A stretch of 32,000 bases of DNA from Raphidiopsis brookii D9 (GTDB lineage Bacteria > Cyanobacteriota > Cyanobacteriia > Cyanobacteriales > Nostocaceae), in contig ACYB01000016.1 in the NCBI GenBank assembly GCA_000175855.1, positions 1 to 32,000 on the forward strand, given 5' to 3'. This document shows, in pieces, positions 31,609 to 32,000 of the stretch. Made by a program: the position numbers and the translations under genes. The notes below the pieces were generated by a model that searched no databases, had not been told where the DNA came from, and saw nothing but the letters and a program-made list of their open reading frames with translations. Position 1 is the stretch's first letter; each line of letters starts with the position of its first letter.

Positions 31609-32000
31609 ATGGCACGCGCAAAGTTTGAAAGGACGAAACCTCACGTTAATATTGGTACCGTTGGCCACGTTGACCACGGTAAAACAACTTTAACAGCAGC
31701 TATTACCATGACCTTGGCCGCTTTGGGTCAAGCAGTGGCTAAGGGCTATGACCAAATTGATAATGCTCCCGAAGAAAAAGCTCGGGGTATTACCATCAAC
31801 ACTGCCCACGTTGAGTATGAAACAGAAAACCGTCACTATGCTCATGTGGATTGTCCAGGACACGCTGACTACGTGAAGAATATGATCACTGGTGCTGCAC
31901 AAATGGATGGAGGTATTTTAGTAGTAGCTGCTACTGATGGACCTATGCCTCAAACTCGTGAACACATTCTTCTAGCAAAACAAGTGGGTGTTCCTAGCTT
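31609..32000 (+). CDS. tuf: Elongation factor Tu, N-terminal part, running off the window
   Basis: Manual translation from ATG 31609: [102 protein letters not shown]... Confidence 0.98.
   Translation, partial: MARAKFERTKPHVNIGTVGHVDHGKTTLTAAITMTLAALGQAVAKGYDQIDNAPEEKARGITINTAHVEYETENRHYAHVDCPGHADYVKNMITGAAQMDGGILVVAATDGPMPQTREHILLAKQVGVPS

Noticed and set aside
31590-31611. AAAAAAGGAGATATACATG before tuf resembles the T7 gene 10/pET ribosome-binding site
   Set aside because: A strong purine-rich SD with A/T spacing is normal for tuf, and the surroundings are contiguous native str operon. There is no sign of vector sequence.

Overview
This window is a chromosomal segment from a filamentous cyanobacterium. 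Supporting signs are 12 HIP1 palindromes (GCGATCGC), a ferrochelatase with a C-terminal chlorophyll-binding-like helix, ferredoxin-dependent glutamate synthase, and a cyanobacterial-style split Mrp antiporter operon. Most of the content is conserved housekeeping: aat, def, ilvC, hemH, purB, Fd-GOGAT, mrp operon, and the str operon rpsL-rpsG-fusA-tuf. I see no CRISPR array, transposase, rRNA or tRNA. The items most worth a second look are: (1) a 710-aa multidomain protein with zinc ribbon, Ser/Thr kinase, P-loop GTPase and hydrophobic DUF697-like domain, convergent with a fused AbiEii-like nucleotidyltransferase; (2) three separate 1-nt frameshifts, each in a homopolymer (mrpB, an EmrE/EamA-like transporter, and the essential gene rpsL), which most likely indicates sequence or assembly error; (3) a deletion-like junction that truncates the 5' ends of two divergent glycosyltransferase genes; (4) an MrpD-MrpE fusion ORF; (5) an AAA-like protein with degenerate Walker A and B motifs; (6) paired dispersed hairpins in convergent intergenic regions and hairpins just after the rpsL and rpsG stop codons. 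I found no convincing new defence or mobile system. The kinase-GTPase protein is the best candidate for new biology.
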